From assembly GCA_963805625.1 (NCBI GenBank), contig CAWDVE010000010.1, positions 1,024,001 through 1,088,000 on the forward strand: 64,000 nt of DNA, written 5' to 3'. Source of the stretch: an uncultured Candidatus Rokubacteria bacterium. GTDB taxonomy: Bacteria > Methylomirabilota > Methylomirabilia > Rokubacteriales > DASRDR01. Under the pieces are notes generated by a model. The model did no database searches and was not told the DNA's origin. It saw only the letters and a program-made list of their open reading frames with translations. Below, one piece after another: positions 21,486 through 31,352 of this stretch. Position 1 is the stretch's first letter. Each line of letters opens with the position of its first letter. A program made the position numbers and the translations under genes.

Positions 21486-22313
21486 TCACTTGAGCACGCT
21501 CGCCGTCATGCCGCGGATGAGCCGCTCGGAGAAGAACACGTAGATCGCGATCACCGGCAAGACCGAGATCATCATCCCCGTCGCGATCATGCCGATGTCC
21601 TGGAGCTGATCGCCCATGAACTTCATGATCCCGAGCGGCAGCGTTCGCTTCTCATCGTCCGTCAGGAGCACCACCGCGTAGAGGAACTCGTTCCACAGGT
21701 CGATCAGGTTCAGGATGACCGTCGTCGCGATCGCCGGGAGCCCAAGGGGCACCGTGATCCGCCAGAAGAGGCCGTAGTCGGAGCACCCGTCGATGCGGGC
21801 GGCGTCGAAGTAGTCCTGCGGGATCTGCGCGAAGAAGCTCTCCAGGAGATAGAAGGTCAGCGGCAGCTGGATCGCCGCGTACACGAGCATCACCCCCGCC
21901 CGCGTGTTGAACAGGTGGTACTCCACCAGGACCTGGAAGAGCGAGATGATCGTCAGCTGCGGCGGAAAGATGATCGCGCTGAACAGCGCCACGTGGACGA
22001 GCCGGTTGCCCCGGAAGCGATACCGGGCGAGGCCGTGCGCCACCATCGCCCCGACGACGGTCACCAGCACCACCGCCGAGAGCACGATCACGGCGCTGTT
22101 CCAGAAGTACGTGCCGTAGTTCGACGTGGTCCAGGCGGCCACGTACTTCTCTAAGTGGACGGGCACCGGCGCGGCGTACGGATTCGCGCTGATCTCGGAG
22201 GTCGTCCGGAGCGACATGGCCGCCAGCCACAGCATCGGCCCCCCGGCCAGGACGGTGTACCCGGATACGGCGAGCAGGATCAGAAACCGCGTCAGGGACC
22301 GGGTCCAGCGCAC
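21486..22313 (-). CDS. Carbohydrate ABC transporter permease
   Basis: DAARIDG EAA-loop motif, WNEFL. Confidence 0.92.
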   Translation of the reverse strand: MRWTRSLTRFLILLAVSGYTVLAGGPMLWLAAMSLRTTSEISANPYAAPVPVHLEKYVAAWTTSNYGTYFWNSAVIVLSAVVLVTVVGAMVAHGLARYRFRGNRLVHVALFSAIIFPPQLTIISLFQVLVEYHLFNTRAGVMLVYAAIQLPLTFYLLESFFAQIPQDYFDAARIDGCSDYGLFWRITVPLGLPAIATTVILNLIDLWNEFLYAVVLLTDDEKRTLPLGIMKFMGDQLQDIGMIATGMMISVLPVIAIYVFFSERLIRGMTASVLK

Positions 22314-22316
22314 GGT

Positions 22317-23267
22317 CTAGTACTCCAGCCGGTCGCGCCGCCGGAGGAGCCACGTCAGCGCCAGCACGAGCACGAGCACCACGAGAAACCACAGCGACGC
22401 CACCGCCGACGGATACCCGAGGTCGAACGTGCTCCACTCGAAGGCCCGCTTGTAGACGTACGTCGACACCGTCTCCGTCGACCAGAGCGGTCCGCCCTGC
22501 GTCATGATCCACACGAGATCGAACACCTTCATCTTGCCGATGAATGACAGGATCAGCAGGCTCAGCAGCGTCGGCCAGACCATGGGGATCATGACGAAGA
22601 AGAGCTTCCGGCCCCAGCCGCAGTTGTCGAGGTCGGCGGCCTCCAGCACATCCTTCGGGAGGGCGAACAGTGCAGCCAGACACACGACCATGCTGAAGCC
22701 GGCCCACTTCCACGCGTGTGTGAACATGACCGCCCAGAGGGCCGTCGCCGGATCGCCCAGCCACGAGTGGACGAAGCGTCCGAGCCCGACCCCCCGGAGC
22801 CCGAGGTTCACGAGCCCCCAGTCGTAGTTGTAGATCCATACCCACAGGATGCCGACCACGACGTAGGACAGCAGCACCGGCGTGAACCAGACCACCCGGA
22901 AGAAGCGCGCGAGCGGCACCCTCGCGTAGAGGCCTAGCGCGAGAGCGAGACCGATCGCCACGTCCGCGACCGGCGCGATGCCCGCCCAGATCAGCGTGTT
23001 GCCGACCGCCTTCCAGAAAACGCGGTCCCGGGTCAGGAGCTCGGTGATGTTCCGGAGGCCGACGAACTCCACAACCCCGCGAGGCTTGATCGTGTGGACG
23101 CTGTTGTAGAAGGTCCGGACCGCGGGGTACAGCGTGAAGCCCACGAAGAGCAGCACGGCTGGCGCGAGGAAGAACGCGATCACCACGCCGCGCGCGTGGA
23201 GAAGCCCGCGCTGGCGGCCAAGGGCCCGGGGTGCGGCAGCGGCCGGCGCCCTGCCCCCGGAGGTCAT
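22317..23267 (-). CDS. Carbohydrate ABC transporter permease
   Basis: EAADLDN, TQGGP motifs. Confidence 0.92.
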   Translation of the reverse strand: MTSGGRAPAAAAPRALGRQRGLLHARGVVIAFFLAPAVLLFVGFTLYPAVRTFYNSVHTIKPRGVVEFVGLRNITELLTRDRVFWKAVGNTLIWAGIAPVADVAIGLALALGLYARVPLARFFRVVWFTPVLLSYVVVGILWVWIYNYDWGLVNLGLRGVGLGRFVHSWLGDPATALWAVMFTHAWKWAGFSMVVCLAALFALPKDVLEAADLDNCGWGRKLFFVMIPMVWPTLLSLLILSFIGKMKVFDLVWIMTQGGPLWSTETVSTYVYKRAFEWSTFDLGYPSAVASLWFLVVLVLVLALTWLLRRRDRLEY

Positions 23268-23320
23268 CAGGTCAGCAGGCCGCGTCGCGAGTGGAGCGAC
23301 GGGGCACGAGAGGCAGCTCG

Positions 23321-23364
23321 CCCCCGGGGAGCGCGCCGCCTACTCCAGGCGCGCTTCCCGGGGG
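23321..23364. repeat. 17-bp stem-loop between binding-protein and permease genes (mRNA-stabilising or attenuating hairpin)
   Basis: CCCCCGGGGAGCGCGCC / GGCGCGCTTCCCGGGGG inverted repeat with 1 mismatch. Confidence 0.6.
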
Positions 23365-23393
23365 ACCGAACGCAATCGCAGCGAAGCAGCCGG

Positions 23394-24716
23394 CTACCCT
23401 GTGAAGCAGCCCTGATTCATCATGTCCACGGCCTTGTCGACGGTTAGAAGACCGCCCGGGAAAGCCGTGTTCATGACCTGCACGAAGGTGTCCCGGCACT
23501 GCCCCTGCAGGTGGTCGATCGGGATCCCGATGAAGTACTCGCTCGTCTTGTTGCGATCTCCCAGCTCCTGGAAATAGGGCGCGTACTTCCCGGTGACCTT
23601 GCTCATGTCCGTCTTGATCGCAGTCTGAAGCAGAATCGTGCTCAGCCAGCTCGCGCCCATCTCGGGCGTCGCCATTTCGTTGAGCATGCCGGCGGCGAGC
23701 TTCGGATACTTGGTGGCGGCGTTGATCGAGAAGCTCGCTCCCACGGCGAGGGTCTTGCACTGGTTGCAGGCGCCGCCCTCCATCGCGGGGATGTTCATGA
23801 TCCCGAGCGGGAAGTTGTCCGGCTGGCCGCCCTTGTCGGGCGACACGAAGGCGCGCGCCGTGTACCAACTCCCCATCGGAAACATGAGCCCGCCCGGCTT
23901 CGTGTGGAAGTAGTAGTGCGACTCCCCGAGCTTGAGCGTCGCGAAACTCTTCGGGTACGCTCCCGCGTCGACCAGCGACTTGACGTACGTGAACACCTGG
24001 ACAACCCCCGGGTCCTTGTAGGAAAGCTTGCCGGCCAGGAGCTTTCCGTAGTCGTCGCGGCCGAGTTTCTTCAGCAGCGTCTCTTCGAGCACGTAGGCGC
24101 CCGGGTACGGCCGGTCTCCCACTCCCTGCACGATCGGGGTCGTGCCGGCGGCGGCGGCTTTCTTGACGATGTCCAGGAACTGGGCCTGGTTCACCTGGCC
24201 GTTCGGGGGCAAGTCTACCCCGAGCTTCTTCATCAGCTCTTTGTTGTAGTAGAGCTCGACGGTATAGACCTCCTGCGGCAGCGCGTACGTCTTGCCGCCA
24301 TGGGTCCACACCTTCCGCGCCCACTCGTGGATGCTCCGCCAGTCGACCAGATCGTCGAGCGGCAGGAGGAAGCCGTTCGTGATGTACTCGACCTGGTCCG
24401 GCTCGTCGTAGAAGATGTCTGGCGCCTGGCCGGCTCGCAGCGCCGTCTTCAGGGCCGCGTAGAGGGCGGGCTTGTCGAACCACGTGATCTTGACCTTGAC
24501 GCCGGGGTTCTTCTTCTCGAAGGTCCGGGCGGCCATCTCGCGCCACGCGACCTTGGACGGCTGGTCGGCTTCGTGGCTCCACATCGTGATGGTCGTCTCC
24601 TGCGCCTGCACGATCGGAGCGACGAATCCCGTCACGAGAGCCACGGTGGCAACCGTCAGCCAGCGGCGCGCGGTCCCGCGCGCCTGAAATGGATGGATTG
24701 AAGCCATGATCGACAT
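23394..24716 (-). CDS. ABC transporter extracellular solute-binding protein (family 1)
   Basis: Signal peptide, APDIF, LYYNK motifs; upstream of two permeases. Confidence 0.9.
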   Translation of the reverse strand: MSIMASIHPFQARGTARRWLTVATVALVTGFVAPIVQAQETTITMWSHEADQPSKVAWREMAARTFEKKNPGVKVKITWFDKPALYAALKTALRAGQAPDIFYDEPDQVEYITNGFLLPLDDLVDWRSIHEWARKVWTHGGKTYALPQEVYTVELYYNKELMKKLGVDLPPNGQVNQAQFLDIVKKAAAAGTTPIVQGVGDRPYPGAYVLEETLLKKLGRDDYGKLLAGKLSYKDPGVVQVFTYVKSLVDAGAYPKSFATLKLGESHYYFHTKPGGLMFPMGSWYTARAFVSPDKGGQPDNFPLGIMNIPAMEGGACNQCKTLAVGASFSINAATKYPKLAAGMLNEMATPEMGASWLSTILLQTAIKTDMSKVTGKYAPYFQELGDRNKTSEYFIGIPIDHLQGQCRDTFVQVMNTAFPGGLLTVDKAVDMMNQGCFTG

Positions 24717-24975
24717 GATTCCCTCCGCTTCTTGAAGCCGGTCAATCGAGACGGCTCACTGTCGGCCGGCGCTACCATACGCTCGCCGGGTCAGAGCCGC
24801 GAGGCCGGCGCAACGGTAGCCCGTCCTCCTTGGCCCGTCAAGGCAGCGTCCGGATTCGGCGCACCGATGACCGACGGGGCCCGATGGCGCTGCCCCGGAG
24901 GCCCGACTATCATGCTGGCACGCGGCGTCGTCCGGCCGAGTCGTGGCTCGACCCTGGCGCCTGGAGGAATACTGG

Positions 24976-25812
24976 GTGGCGTCCGAACGGATCATCGACT
25001 GTCACGCCCACATCATCGACCCAGCGCGGTTCCCGTTTCCCGACGGACCCGGCTACAAGCCCCGGCCGGACGAGACGGGGACCCGCGAGGCGTTCGGCGC
25101 CATGCTGGATCAGCTCGGCGCCCCGCACGCGCTGCTCGTCCAGCCGAGTGGCTACGGCGTCGACAACGCGGCGATGCTCGACGCGATGGCCGCCAGCCCC
25201 GGCCGCTTCAAGGCGATCGCGGTGGTAGACCCTGAGGCCAGCGACCGGACGCTCGAAGGGCTCTCGGACGCTGGCGTCGTGGGGGTGCGGTTCAACCTGC
25301 CGAGCTATGACCCCGGCGCCCTCAGCCGTCCCGAAGCGCCGATCCTCCTCGATCGGCTCCGGGCGCTGGGCCTGTTCGCCCAGGTCTACGCGAACGACGC
25401 CCAGTGGGCGGAGGTCGCCCCGATCCTCCGCGCGAGCCGCGTGCGAGTCCTGGTCGACCACTTCGGCGTCCACGACCTCGCGGGCGGCGTGGCCCAGCCC
25501 GGGTTCCGGGCCGTCCTCGCCCTCGGACGCGAAGGTCAGGCGACGGTCAAGCTCTCCGCCCCGTTCCGCCTCTCGTCTCGGCCCGACAGCTACGGCGACC
25601 TGGACCCGTTCGTCGAGGCCCTCCTCGGCGCGTTCGGGTCCGGCGCGTGCGTCTTCGGATCCGACTGGCCCTTCCTGGGCCTCCGTACGCGCCCCGACCT
25701 CGGCCAGGTGCTGCAGACTCTCGGACGCTGGCTGCCGGACGGACGCGACCGCCAGCGCGTCCTGTGGGACAATCCGTTCCGGCTCTTCGGCTTCCAGGAG
25801 GCGAGACCGTGA
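24976..25812 (+). CDS. Amidohydrolase_2 family (LigI-like lactonase)
   Basis: IDCHAH, VQPSGYGVDN, DHFG, GSDWPF motifs; SD GGAGG before GTG 24976. Confidence 0.9.
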   Translation: MASERIIDCHAHIIDPARFPFPDGPGYKPRPDETGTREAFGAMLDQLGAPHALLVQPSGYGVDNAAMLDAMAASPGRFKAIAVVDPEASDRTLEGLSDAGVVGVRFNLPSYDPGALSRPEAPILLDRLRALGLFAQVYANDAQWAEVAPILRASRVRVLVDHFGVHDLAGGVAQPGFRAVLALGREGQATVKLSAPFRLSSRPDSYGDLDPFVEALLGAFGSGACVFGSDWPFLGLRTRPDLGQVLQTLGRWLPDGRDRQRVLWDNPFRLFGFQEARP

Positions 25813-26846
25813 CGGCTCGGGCCGGCCGCACGACGCCGCTCCGAATCGCGCTCGCGGGCGCGGGCATGATCAGCTGGTACCACCTGGTCGCGTGGCGCAA
25901 CGCCGGTGCCCGGGCGCGCGTGGTCGCCGTGTGCGATCCGGACCCGCGGCGTGCCTCGGCGCGGGCGGAGGAGTTCGGCATCGCGCGTGTCTACCAGGAC
26001 CCGGCGGCGATGCTCGCCGGCGAGACGATCGACGCCCTCGACGTCGCGTCCCCGCGCGAGACCCATGCCGCGTGGGTCGAGGCGGCGGCCGACCGTGGCA
26101 TCGACGTCCTCTGCCAGAAGCCGCTCACCCCCACCCTCGCCGAGTCCGAGGCCCTGGTGGAGCGCGTCGGCAGCCGGGTTCGCCTCATGGTCCACGAGAA
26201 CTGGCGGTTCCGGCCCTGGTATCGCGAGCTCAAGCGGTGGATCGCCGACGGGATGCTCGGCGAGATCGCGCTCGCCAGACTCTCCACCATCTCCTCCGGG
26301 TTCCTGCCCGATGCGAGCGGTCGCCGACCCGCATTGGTGCGCCAACCGTTTATGGCGCACGAGCCGCGCCTGCTGATCGCAGAGTCGCTGATCCACCACC
26401 TGGACACCATGCGCTTCTTCTGCGGCCCGCTGCGCGTCGTGGGCGCCCGTGCAAGCCGTACGCTCGTTGAGGTGGTCGGCGAGACGCAGGCGGCGATCTT
26501 CCTGGAGACCGCCGCGGGAGCGCCGGTCACCGTGATCGGCACCATGACCGCGCCCGGCTATCCGCCCCGCCCGCCCGACCGGCTCGAGCTGATCGGCAGC
26601 AAGGCCAGCGCGATCCTCGCCGACAACGAGCTGCGGCTTCTCGGGGTGAGCCCTCGCGCCGAGCGCTACGATCCGGACGCCGGCTACCAGGCGAGCTTCG
26701 ACGGCGTCATCACGCACTTCGTCGAGTGTCTCGAGACCGGCGTTCCGTTCGAGACGGGGCCGGCGGACAACCTGGAGACGCTCCGGCTGGTCGAGCACGC
26801 CTACTGGGCGGCCGGCCTCCACGGCGTGCCGCCAGTCCGCAGCTGA
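25809..26846 (+). CDS. Gfo/Idh/MocA oxidoreductase
   Basis: GAGMIS, LCQKP, HENWRF motifs; GTGA overlap with upstream gene. Confidence 0.9.
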   Translation: MTARAGRTTPLRIALAGAGMISWYHLVAWRNAGARARVVAVCDPDPRRASARAEEFGIARVYQDPAAMLAGETIDALDVASPRETHAAWVEAAADRGIDVLCQKPLTPTLAESEALVERVGSRVRLMVHENWRFRPWYRELKRWIADGMLGEIALARLSTISSGFLPDASGRRPALVRQPFMAHEPRLLIAESLIHHLDTMRFFCGPLRVVGARASRTLVEVVGETQAAIFLETAAGAPVTVIGTMTAPGYPPRPPDRLELIGSKASAILADNELRLLGVSPRAERYDPDAGYQASFDGVITHFVECLETGVPFETGPADNLETLRLVEHAYWAAGLHGVPPVRS

Positions 26847-27904
26847 GCACCGGCCGATCGGGGCCGCGCCACGCCCGACACACGGAATGGCCGAAGACGG
26901 GGCGACGCGCTTTCTAGGACCGCGGTCGCCTGAACCTCGCGACGAGCCCGGCGGACGATGAGATCCGCAAACCGGGCGGTCGGGTCGAAGCCGATGACAG
27001 CCTCGGCGTTCGCGACGAAGTTGGACGTCGAGTTCACGTCGTAGTAGTAGACCCGGCCGTCGGCCTTCGAGACCAGGTACTCCACGCCGCCAACGTCGAT
27101 GGACGCTGCACGGGCAAGCCGGATCACCGTATCGATGGCCTCCGCCGGAGCGTCGAACCGGCCGACGGTCAGGCCGAGGGGCGCGCTTGCCGGGCACGCT
27201 CCGAGATCGGCGCGCGGCGTCGCCGCGCCAGCGGGTACCTGGCAGATGTCAGCCGGGCAGAGATTGAACCCGGCCTGCGCGTCACGAACGATGCGGATCG
27301 CATAGAGGTACTCGCCGCCGAGTACCTCGACGCGGACGATCGCGCCGTCTGCGGACTCGACGTACTCTTGGACCAGCGCCGTGCCGTCGGGACCGAGATC
27401 CAGGCGATCGACAGCCGACTCGAGCTCGGCCTTCGAATCCACGCGCAGGATCCCCGCCCCCGATCCCCCGACGTTCGGCTTGACGACCACCGGAAGCCGG
27501 AGCTTGTCGAGTGCCGCCAGGGCCTGGATCGGATGGTTCACGACGATGCTGCGGGGATAGCGGGCGCCGACCCGCTCGAAGAGACCGAGCTGGAGCGCCT
27601 TGGACTTCTCGAAGCGGTAGGCGGCAACGGGATTGACGACGGGGATCCCCTGGGACTCGTAGTGAGCCAGAAGAGCTTCAGCATAGAAGAGCACGCTCTT
27701 GTGGCCTCGCGTGTGGGAGGACGGGCTCGTGCGGTTGACGATCACCGAGTAGCGGGACCGGCGGTCGCGCGGGTCGAACGCGTGATTCGAGTGGTCGATC
27801 TTCTCCCAGGAAAGCCCTCGCCTGTCCAGCTCGTCGAGGAGCCGCCGAGACCACTCCGGGTGCTCGTCCAGGATGCCGATGGGACCAGCCAACGACCCCG
27901 TCAT
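26801..27904 (-). CDS. RimK-like ATP-grasp ligase
   Basis: EKSK, VVKPNVGGSG, VQEY, YYDVN motifs plus FNLCPADIC. Confidence 0.85.
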   Translation of the reverse strand: MTGSLAGPIGILDEHPEWSRRLLDELDRRGLSWEKIDHSNHAFDPRDRRSRYSVIVNRTSPSSHTRGHKSVLFYAEALLAHYESQGIPVVNPVAAYRFEKSKALQLGLFERVGARYPRSIVVNHPIQALAALDKLRLPVVVKPNVGGSGAGILRVDSKAELESAVDRLDLGPDGTALVQEYVESADGAIVRVEVLGGEYLYAIRIVRDAQAGFNLCPADICQVPAGAATPRADLGACPASAPLGLTVGRFDAPAEAIDTVIRLARAASIDVGGVEYLVSKADGRVYYYDVNSTSNFVANAEAVIGFDPTARFADLIVRRARREVQATAVLESASPRLRPFRVSGVARPRSAGAQLRTGGTPWRPAAQ

Positions 27905-27955
27905 GTTCGAATCCTCTCGCTTATGATCATTTGTCGATCGGAATTAGGTATTTTT

Positions 27956-27985
27956 AGAATGCGCCCGGTAACGCCCGACTGTCAA
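27956..27985 (-). promoter_or_regulatory. Putative sigma70 promoter for the ATP-grasp gene
   Basis: TTGACA-N18-CATTCT on the minus strand, upstream of an AT-rich leader. Confidence 0.45.
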
Positions 27986-28120
27986 GGAGGGATCAAATGC
28001 GACCCGGTCGAGTCCCGTTACGCCAATTGGGACAATGTCTTGCGGATCATCCGATTACAGCCAGGACCGAGATCGAATCAAGCACCGTAGCCGCGCGCCG
28101 GGGCCTGGCAATCGAAGCGG

Positions 28121-28885
28121 TCAGTCGAACGACGCCCGGACGGCCCCGAACGGGGTGAACCGGGTCTCGATCCGGTCCCCACGCGCGATCGGATACTGCT
28201 TCGTGAAGGAGCCCGACATGATCCGGTGCCCGGCCTCGATCCGGCGGCCGAACTCTGCGAGCTTGTTGGCGAGCCAGGTTACCGCCCCGACCGGGTGGCC
28301 CGTCTCCGCGCTCCCAACGGTATGATCGACCAGCCGGCCGTTGATGAGGACCTCCACCGTTGTCTGCGTTGGCTCCCATCCTGGCGGCAGGGGCATGGAC
28401 GGGCCGGTGACGAAGGCCTTCTGTTGTTCGTCGTCGGTGATCCCTAAAGAGACGTCGGCTCGGAAATCGCCCCGCCCCTCGATGATCTCGAACGCCGGCT
28501 GGACGGCCGTGATGGCGGCACGAGCTTGGGCGGGCGTGACACCGGGCCCCTGGAGGGGTACCCCTACGGTCAGGCAGAGCTCGTTCTCGAAGCCGGGCTC
28601 GATCAGCTCGCGATGCTGGAACAGGACCCCGGTGTCGCGGTGGCCGCTCTCGAGCAGGAACCCCAAGACCGGCTCGTGCATCCCGAACTGCCTCTGGATC
28701 ACCGGAGCCGTCAGACCGACCTTCCACCCCGTCAGCCGCTCGCCTCGCGCCACCCAGCGGTCGAGAAGCCCGAACTGCACCCGGTAGGCCTGCTCGACTG
28801 TCAGCCGGCCCTTCCACTCTGCCGGGAAGTAGCTCCGTCGCATGGTATGCGCCCAAATCGACTCCGTGACCGCCTCGATATCCAT
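28121..28885 (-). CDS. 2-keto-4-pentenoate hydratase / FAH family
   Basis: AYRVQ, GWKVGLT, WLANKL, SGSFT motifs. Confidence 0.88.
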   Translation of the reverse strand: MDIEAVTESIWAHTMRRSYFPAEWKGRLTVEQAYRVQFGLLDRWVARGERLTGWKVGLTAPVIQRQFGMHEPVLGFLLESGHRDTGVLFQHRELIEPGFENELCLTVGVPLQGPGVTPAQARAAITAVQPAFEIIEGRGDFRADVSLGITDDEQQKAFVTGPSMPLPPGWEPTQTTVEVLINGRLVDHTVGSAETGHPVGAVTWLANKLAEFGRRIEAGHRIMSGSFTKQYPIARGDRIETRFTPFGAVRASFD

Positions 28886-28954
28886 TCGGGTTCCTCTCCA
28901 TCTGATCGAACGGCCTTCGGCCCATGAAGTCGGACGGCATTCAACTCCTGACGG

Positions 28955-29731
28955 TCAACTCCCCAGGCGCGCGCGGGCCTCGCCGATCCGGCGGCGAGCC
29001 TCGGGCGCATACCAAGCGTCCACGAAGGCGCGGCGAAGTGGGGCAAGCGTCGCCCGCGCGCGCTCCACGGCAGGCCCCTTGAGGGCAGCCTTGATGGCCT
29101 CGAAGGCGGCGGTGGGCGCCGCCGCGAGCCGGCCACAGGTCTGGCGGGCTGCCTCGACGACGTCGCCGTCCACGACCTCCGAGATGAGCCCTCGCTCCAG
29201 GGCCGCACGCGAATCGACGAGCTCGCCCTCGTAGAGCGCCGCCTCGATCGACCGCGCCGGGACGGCGTGCCGGACGATCTCGAGCGCCGACGCCGGGAAC
29301 GGCACGCCCAGCCGGATCTCGTTCAGCCCGAACCGCCCGGCGCCCGCGCCCATCACCCGCGCGTCGCAGGCCAGCGCGAGCACGGCGCCGCCAGCCACCG
29401 CATGGCCGCCGAGGGCGGCCACTACGGGCCGAGGAAAGGCGAAGACGCGCAGCATGACCGTATCGAACCACGCCATGAACCCGTCCATGGCGTCCCGCTC
29501 GAGCCCGTACAAGGTCACGAGGTCGAGACCCGCCGAGAAGAACCGCTCGTAGCCCGTCAGGACGACGCCGCGCGCGTCCCCGCCCGCCGCCTCGTCGAGC
29601 GCGCGCTCGATGGCCGCGAGGCTTCGAGGGTTGAGCGCGTTGGCCTTGCCCGAGGTCAGACGGACCAGCGCCAGCCCGTCGCGCCACTCGACGCGGTACG
29701 GCACCGCGTCCCCGGTGATCCGCTCCGGCAT
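28955..29731 (-). CDS. Enoyl-CoA hydratase/isomerase
   Basis: KANAL, FSAGLD, GHAVAGG, GLNE motifs; start uncertain (29731 or 29704). Confidence 0.88.
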   Translation of the reverse strand: MPERITGDAVPYRVEWRDGLALVRLTSGKANALNPRSLAAIERALDEAAGGDARGVVLTGYERFFSAGLDLVTLYGLERDAMDGFMAWFDTVMLRVFAFPRPVVAALGGHAVAGGAVLALACDARVMGAGAGRFGLNEIRLGVPFPASALEIVRHAVPARSIEAALYEGELVDSRAALERGLISEVVDGDVVEAARQTCGRLAAAPTAAFEAIKAALKGPAVERARATLAPLRRAFVDAWYAPEARRRIGEARARLGS

Positions 29732-29744
29732 CCCGCCGGCCGCG

Positions 29745-30926
29745 TCAGCCTGGCCGGGCGGCGGCGAGGCCCGACTCGAGCCGCGTGAGACCCTCGGCCA
29801 GATCCTCATCCGAGGATGCGTAGGAAAGCCGCAGGAATCCCCCCGACCGCGGGCCGAAGGCCTCCCCCGGCGAAACCACCACCCGGTGCTCGAACAGGAG
29901 CCGCTCGGCCAGGCCGCGCGTGTCGTGCGTCACCGCCCGAACGTCGGGGAATGCGTAGAAGGCGCCATCGGGCCTCGGACAGCGCACCCCCGGGATCCGA
30001 CCGAGCCGCTCGACGACCAGGTCCCGGCGCCGCTGGTAGGCGCGCCGCATCGTCTCGACGCAGTCCTGAGGGCCGCGGACGGCCGCGAGGGCGGCGCGCT
30101 GGGTCGCGGAGTTCACGCACGAGACCATCTGCTCCTGGACGACCGCCATCACGCGCAGCATGGGCGCGGGACCGGTGAGATAGCCAATGCGCCAGCCCGT
30201 CATCGCATATTCCTTCGAGAAGGAGTGCACCGACACCGTGCGGTCGCGAAGCCCGGGGAAGGACGCCGGGCTCACGTTCCGGATGTCCCCGTACGTCAGC
30301 GCCCCGTACGTCTCGTCGGAGACGAGAAGCAGATCGTGCCGGACGCAGATGTCCGCGATCGCGTGCAGGAGGTCCCGCGGGTAGACGGCGCCCGTCGGGT
30401 TCGATGGGCTGTTGATCAGGATGGCCCGCGTGCGCGGCGTCACCGCCGCCCCCACATCCTCGGCGTGCGGCAGATACCCGCGCTCCGGATCGGTCCGGAC
30501 GAAGACCGGCCGGCCGCCCGCCAGGGTGATCTGTCCCTCGAAGTTCGTGTAGCTCGGGTCGGTGATCAGCACCTCGTCCCCCGGATCGATCCCGACCATG
30601 AACGTGAGCAGTAGCGCCTCCATGGCACCGACCGTCACGAACACCTCCGAGGCCGGATCGACCCGGTAGCCGTTGACCCGCTCGATCTTCTCCGCGATCG
30701 CCTCCCGGAGGTCGAGGTACCCCTCGTTCGGCGAGTACTTCGTGAAGCCGTCGTGGAGCGCCTGACAGGCCGCCTCGACGATGTGCGGGGGCGTCGCAAA
30801 GCCAGGCTCACCCACCGCCAGGCTGATCGCCCCGGGGACGTGGGGCGTCATGTCGAACATACGGCGGATGAGCGACGGGGGCACCGCCCGCGCCCGTGCG
30901 CTCACCCGGTCTGTCGTGCTCCCCAT
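29745..30926 (-). CDS. PLP-dependent aminotransferase class I/II
   Basis: NSPSNPTG, DETY, SFSKEYAMTGWRIG motifs. Confidence 0.93.
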   Translation of the reverse strand: MGSTTDRVSARARAVPPSLIRRMFDMTPHVPGAISLAVGEPGFATPPHIVEAACQALHDGFTKYSPNEGYLDLREAIAEKIERVNGYRVDPASEVFVTVGAMEALLLTFMVGIDPGDEVLITDPSYTNFEGQITLAGGRPVFVRTDPERGYLPHAEDVGAAVTPRTRAILINSPSNPTGAVYPRDLLHAIADICVRHDLLLVSDETYGALTYGDIRNVSPASFPGLRDRTVSVHSFSKEYAMTGWRIGYLTGPAPMLRVMAVVQEQMVSCVNSATQRAALAAVRGPQDCVETMRRAYQRRRDLVVERLGRIPGVRCPRPDGAFYAFPDVRAVTHDTRGLAERLLFEHRVVVSPGEAFGPRSGGFLRLSYASSDEDLAEGLTRLESGLAAARPG

Positions 30927-30953
30927 GAGGGCCTCCCTCGATGCGCGGTGGGG

Positions 30954-31301
30954 TCAGGCCCCCGCGATGACGGCGATCTCGACCAGGTAGCTCGGAGTCG
31001 CGAGCCGCGCCTCCACCGTGGCACGAGCCGGCGTGTGCCCCTTCTCGACCCACGCATCCCACGCCGCGTTCATGCCGTCGTAGTGGCGGATGTCCGACAC
31101 CCATACGTTGGCCCAGACGAGCTTGGACTTGTTGCTGCCGAAGTGCTTCAGCGCCTCGTCAATCTTGTGCAGGATCTGCTCGGTCTGACCCTTGGCGTCC
31201 AGCTTCGTGTCGTCGGCGACTGTGCCGGCCACGTAGATGGTGTCTCCGTGCTTGACGGCGGCCGAGAGGCGCGGTCCGACCTTGAAGCGATCGATGCTCA
31301 T
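30954..31301 (-). CDS. RidA/YjgF (YoaB-like) family protein
   Basis: MNAAWDAW, PARATVEA, VEIAVIA motifs. Confidence 0.92.
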   Translation of the reverse strand: MSIDRFKVGPRLSAAVKHGDTIYVAGTVADDTKLDAKGQTEQILHKIDEALKHFGSNKSKLVWANVWVSDIRHYDGMNAAWDAWVEKGHTPARATVEARLATPSYLVEIAVIAGA

Positions 31302-31352
31302 CGGTGTCTCCTCCTGAGGGTAACGGTGAAGCTGCGAGTGCTCATTGGGACC

